Below, piece after piece: positions 62,737 through 64,000 of a stretch of 64,000 nucleotides of DNA. Position 1 is the stretch's first letter; the number at the start of each line of letters is the position of its first letter. Below the pieces are notes generated by a model. That model did not search any database and had not been told where the DNA came from. It saw only the letters and a program-made list of their open reading frames with translations. Location: contig CAVQYR010000001.1 in NCBI GenBank assembly GCA_963718235.1, positions 1,888,001 to 1,952,000 on the forward strand, written 5' to 3'. The DNA is from an uncultured Actinomycetota bacterium. Its GTDB lineage: Bacteria; Actinomycetota; Actinomycetes; JAHEKZ01. Both the position numbers and the translations under genes were made by a program.

Positions 62737-63660
62737 CTACTGCTTCGGCGGCCCCGCTGCTCCCCTTGAGCGACCGCCGTCCGCGTGACGTCGCTCCCGC
62801 AGCTCGGCCAGACCGGCGTCGCGCAGGACCGAGGCCGAGACGTCGCGCCCGGTCATCAGGGTGACCTGCCCGCGGGCCTGGTGGACCAGCATCTCCAGGC
62901 CACCGGCGACCGCGCCCCCGGCGCTCGCCCACGCGGCGCCCAGCGCGGTCGGCCAGGGCTCGTAAACCACGTCGACGAGCAGTCCCAGCGGGGAGCGACC
63001 TGCGCCCACCGCGTCGACCAGGTGGTCGGCCGCGCCGGTCGGGACGGTGGACACCACGACGTCGGCGTCCAGCCCGGCACCGGCGTCGGACCACGGGCAA
63101 ACCGACACGGCGGGGCCGCCGGCGGGGTCGGGGCCGACCGTGCCGAGCGCGGCCACCTGCTGCACCCATGACGCAAGGTCGGGCAGCGCGTCAGGTCGAC
63201 GCGCACACACGGTGACCTGCTCCGCGCCCACGTCCACGAGCGCGGCGATCGCCGACCGGGCGGTCGCCCCGGATCCCAGCACCGTCGCCGTCCGCGGGCG
63301 GACCACCCCGTGCTCGCCGAGCACGGTGACCAGGCCGGGCACATCGGTGTTGTGACCCACTCGCCCGGCCGGGGTCAGCAGCACCGTGTTCACCGAACGC
63401 AACGTGCGCGCCAGCGGGTCGATGGCGTTGAGCAGCGGGACCACCGACTCCTTCAACGGCATGGTCAGGGAGAGCCCGACCCAGTCGTCGTCCAGTCCGT
63501 CGAGAAAGGCGCCGAGACCGTCCGGGCCCAGGTCGACGGCCTCGTAGGTCCACGGAAGACCGAGCGACCGGTACGCGGCCCGGTGCAGGGCCGGAGACAG
63601 CGAGTGCGTGATCGGACGCCCCAGGACGGCGGCTCGCCGGACGCCGGGCCCGCCCACCAC
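62737..63660 (-). CDS. aroE: Shikimate dehydrogenase
   Basis: HSLSP, SLTMPLK, VNT, NTD, GSGATA, DVVY, GLEML. Confidence 0.95.
   Translation of the reverse strand: MVGGPGVRRAAVLGRPITHSLSPALHRAAYRSLGLPWTYEAVDLGPDGLGAFLDGLDDDWVGLSLTMPLKESVVPLLNAIDPLARTLRSVNTVLLTPAGRVGHNTDVPGLVTVLGEHGVVRPRTATVLGSGATARSAIAALVDVGAEQVTVCARRPDALPDLASWVQQVAALGTVGPDPAGGPAVSVCPWSDAGAGLDADVVVSTVPTGAADHLVDAVGAGRSPLGLLVDVVYEPWPTALGAAWASAGGAVAGGLEMLVHQARGQVTLMTGRDVSASVLRDAGLAELRERRHADGGRSRGAAGPPKQ
62744..62770 (-). promoter_or_regulatory. Sigma28/FliA-WhiG-type promoter of the Roadblock...pilB operon (inside the aroE 3' end)
   Basis: CTCA-N17-GCCGAA. Confidence 0.8.
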
Positions 63661-64000
63661 TAGGGAACCGCCGCGTAGAACTCGTCCTTCCACACCAGGA
63701 ACTGGTCGTAGTCGGCGGTGAACCGGGTGGCGTCACTTCCCGGGGCCACGGCGACGAAGTAGACCCAGTCCCCGTCCGGTGGGTGGAGCGCGGCGTCGAG
63801 GGCCGCCTCCCCAGGAGAGTTGATCGGTCCGGGCGGGAGTCCGCCGTTGGCATAGGTGTTGTACGGCGAGTCGACCCCGAGCTGGTCGTTGTCCAAGGTG
63901 AGGTCGTCGGTGCCGAGCGCGTAGTTCACCGTCGAGTCGAGCTGCAGGGGCATCCCCGCGTTGAGCCGGTTGTAGACGACCCGGGCCGCCCTCCCGAAGT
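63660..64000 (-). CDS. mltG: Endolytic transglycosylase MltG (3' part only)
   Basis: ARVVYNRL..MPLQLDST, SPYNTY, GLPPGPINSPG, YFV. Confidence 0.93.
   Translation of the reverse strand, partial: FGRAARVVYNRLNAGMPLQLDSTVNYALGTDDLTLDNDQLGVDSPYNTYANGGLPPGPINSPGEAALDAALHPPDGDWVYFVAVAPGSDATRFTADYDQFLVWKDEFYAAVP

Overview
High-GC (roughly 70% by eye) actinobacterial chromosome segment, mostly on the minus strand. Core blocks: rapZ-uvrC-Rieske-uvrA, two terC, uvrB-coaE, rpsA, polA, a liv-type ABC transporter, tRNA-Leu(CAA), nusB-efp-pepQ-aroQBKC, aroE and mltG. Accessory inserts: (i) a secreted Ig-like protein divergent from a tandem adenylate cyclase-STAND ATPase-TPR protein; (ii) a priming glycosyltransferase plus a PAPS-synthesis set (cysQ-cysD-cysN and a Sat-like/CysC fusion) between rpsA and coaE; (iii) a ~20 kb type IV pilus locus between aroE and aroC. 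The pilus locus is the highlight. It opens with a Roadblock/MglB-like, DUF4388(PATAN)-like, small-GTPase (MglA/CvnD-like) module and a Wzy_C ligase-like gene. It carries five exact and one near copy of a sigma28/FliA-WhiG-type promoter (CTCAAG-N15-GCCGA), a c-di-GMP-I riboswitch in front of the first major pilin, two near-identical major pilins, and a PilT with a ~330 aa repetitive N-terminal extension. A second surprise is a substrate-binding lipoprotein that appears circularly permuted. About eight single-base indels, mostly in short homopolymers and including one in essential coaE, suggest long-read errors rather than pseudogenes. All family assignments come from motif recognition by eye; no database searches were run.
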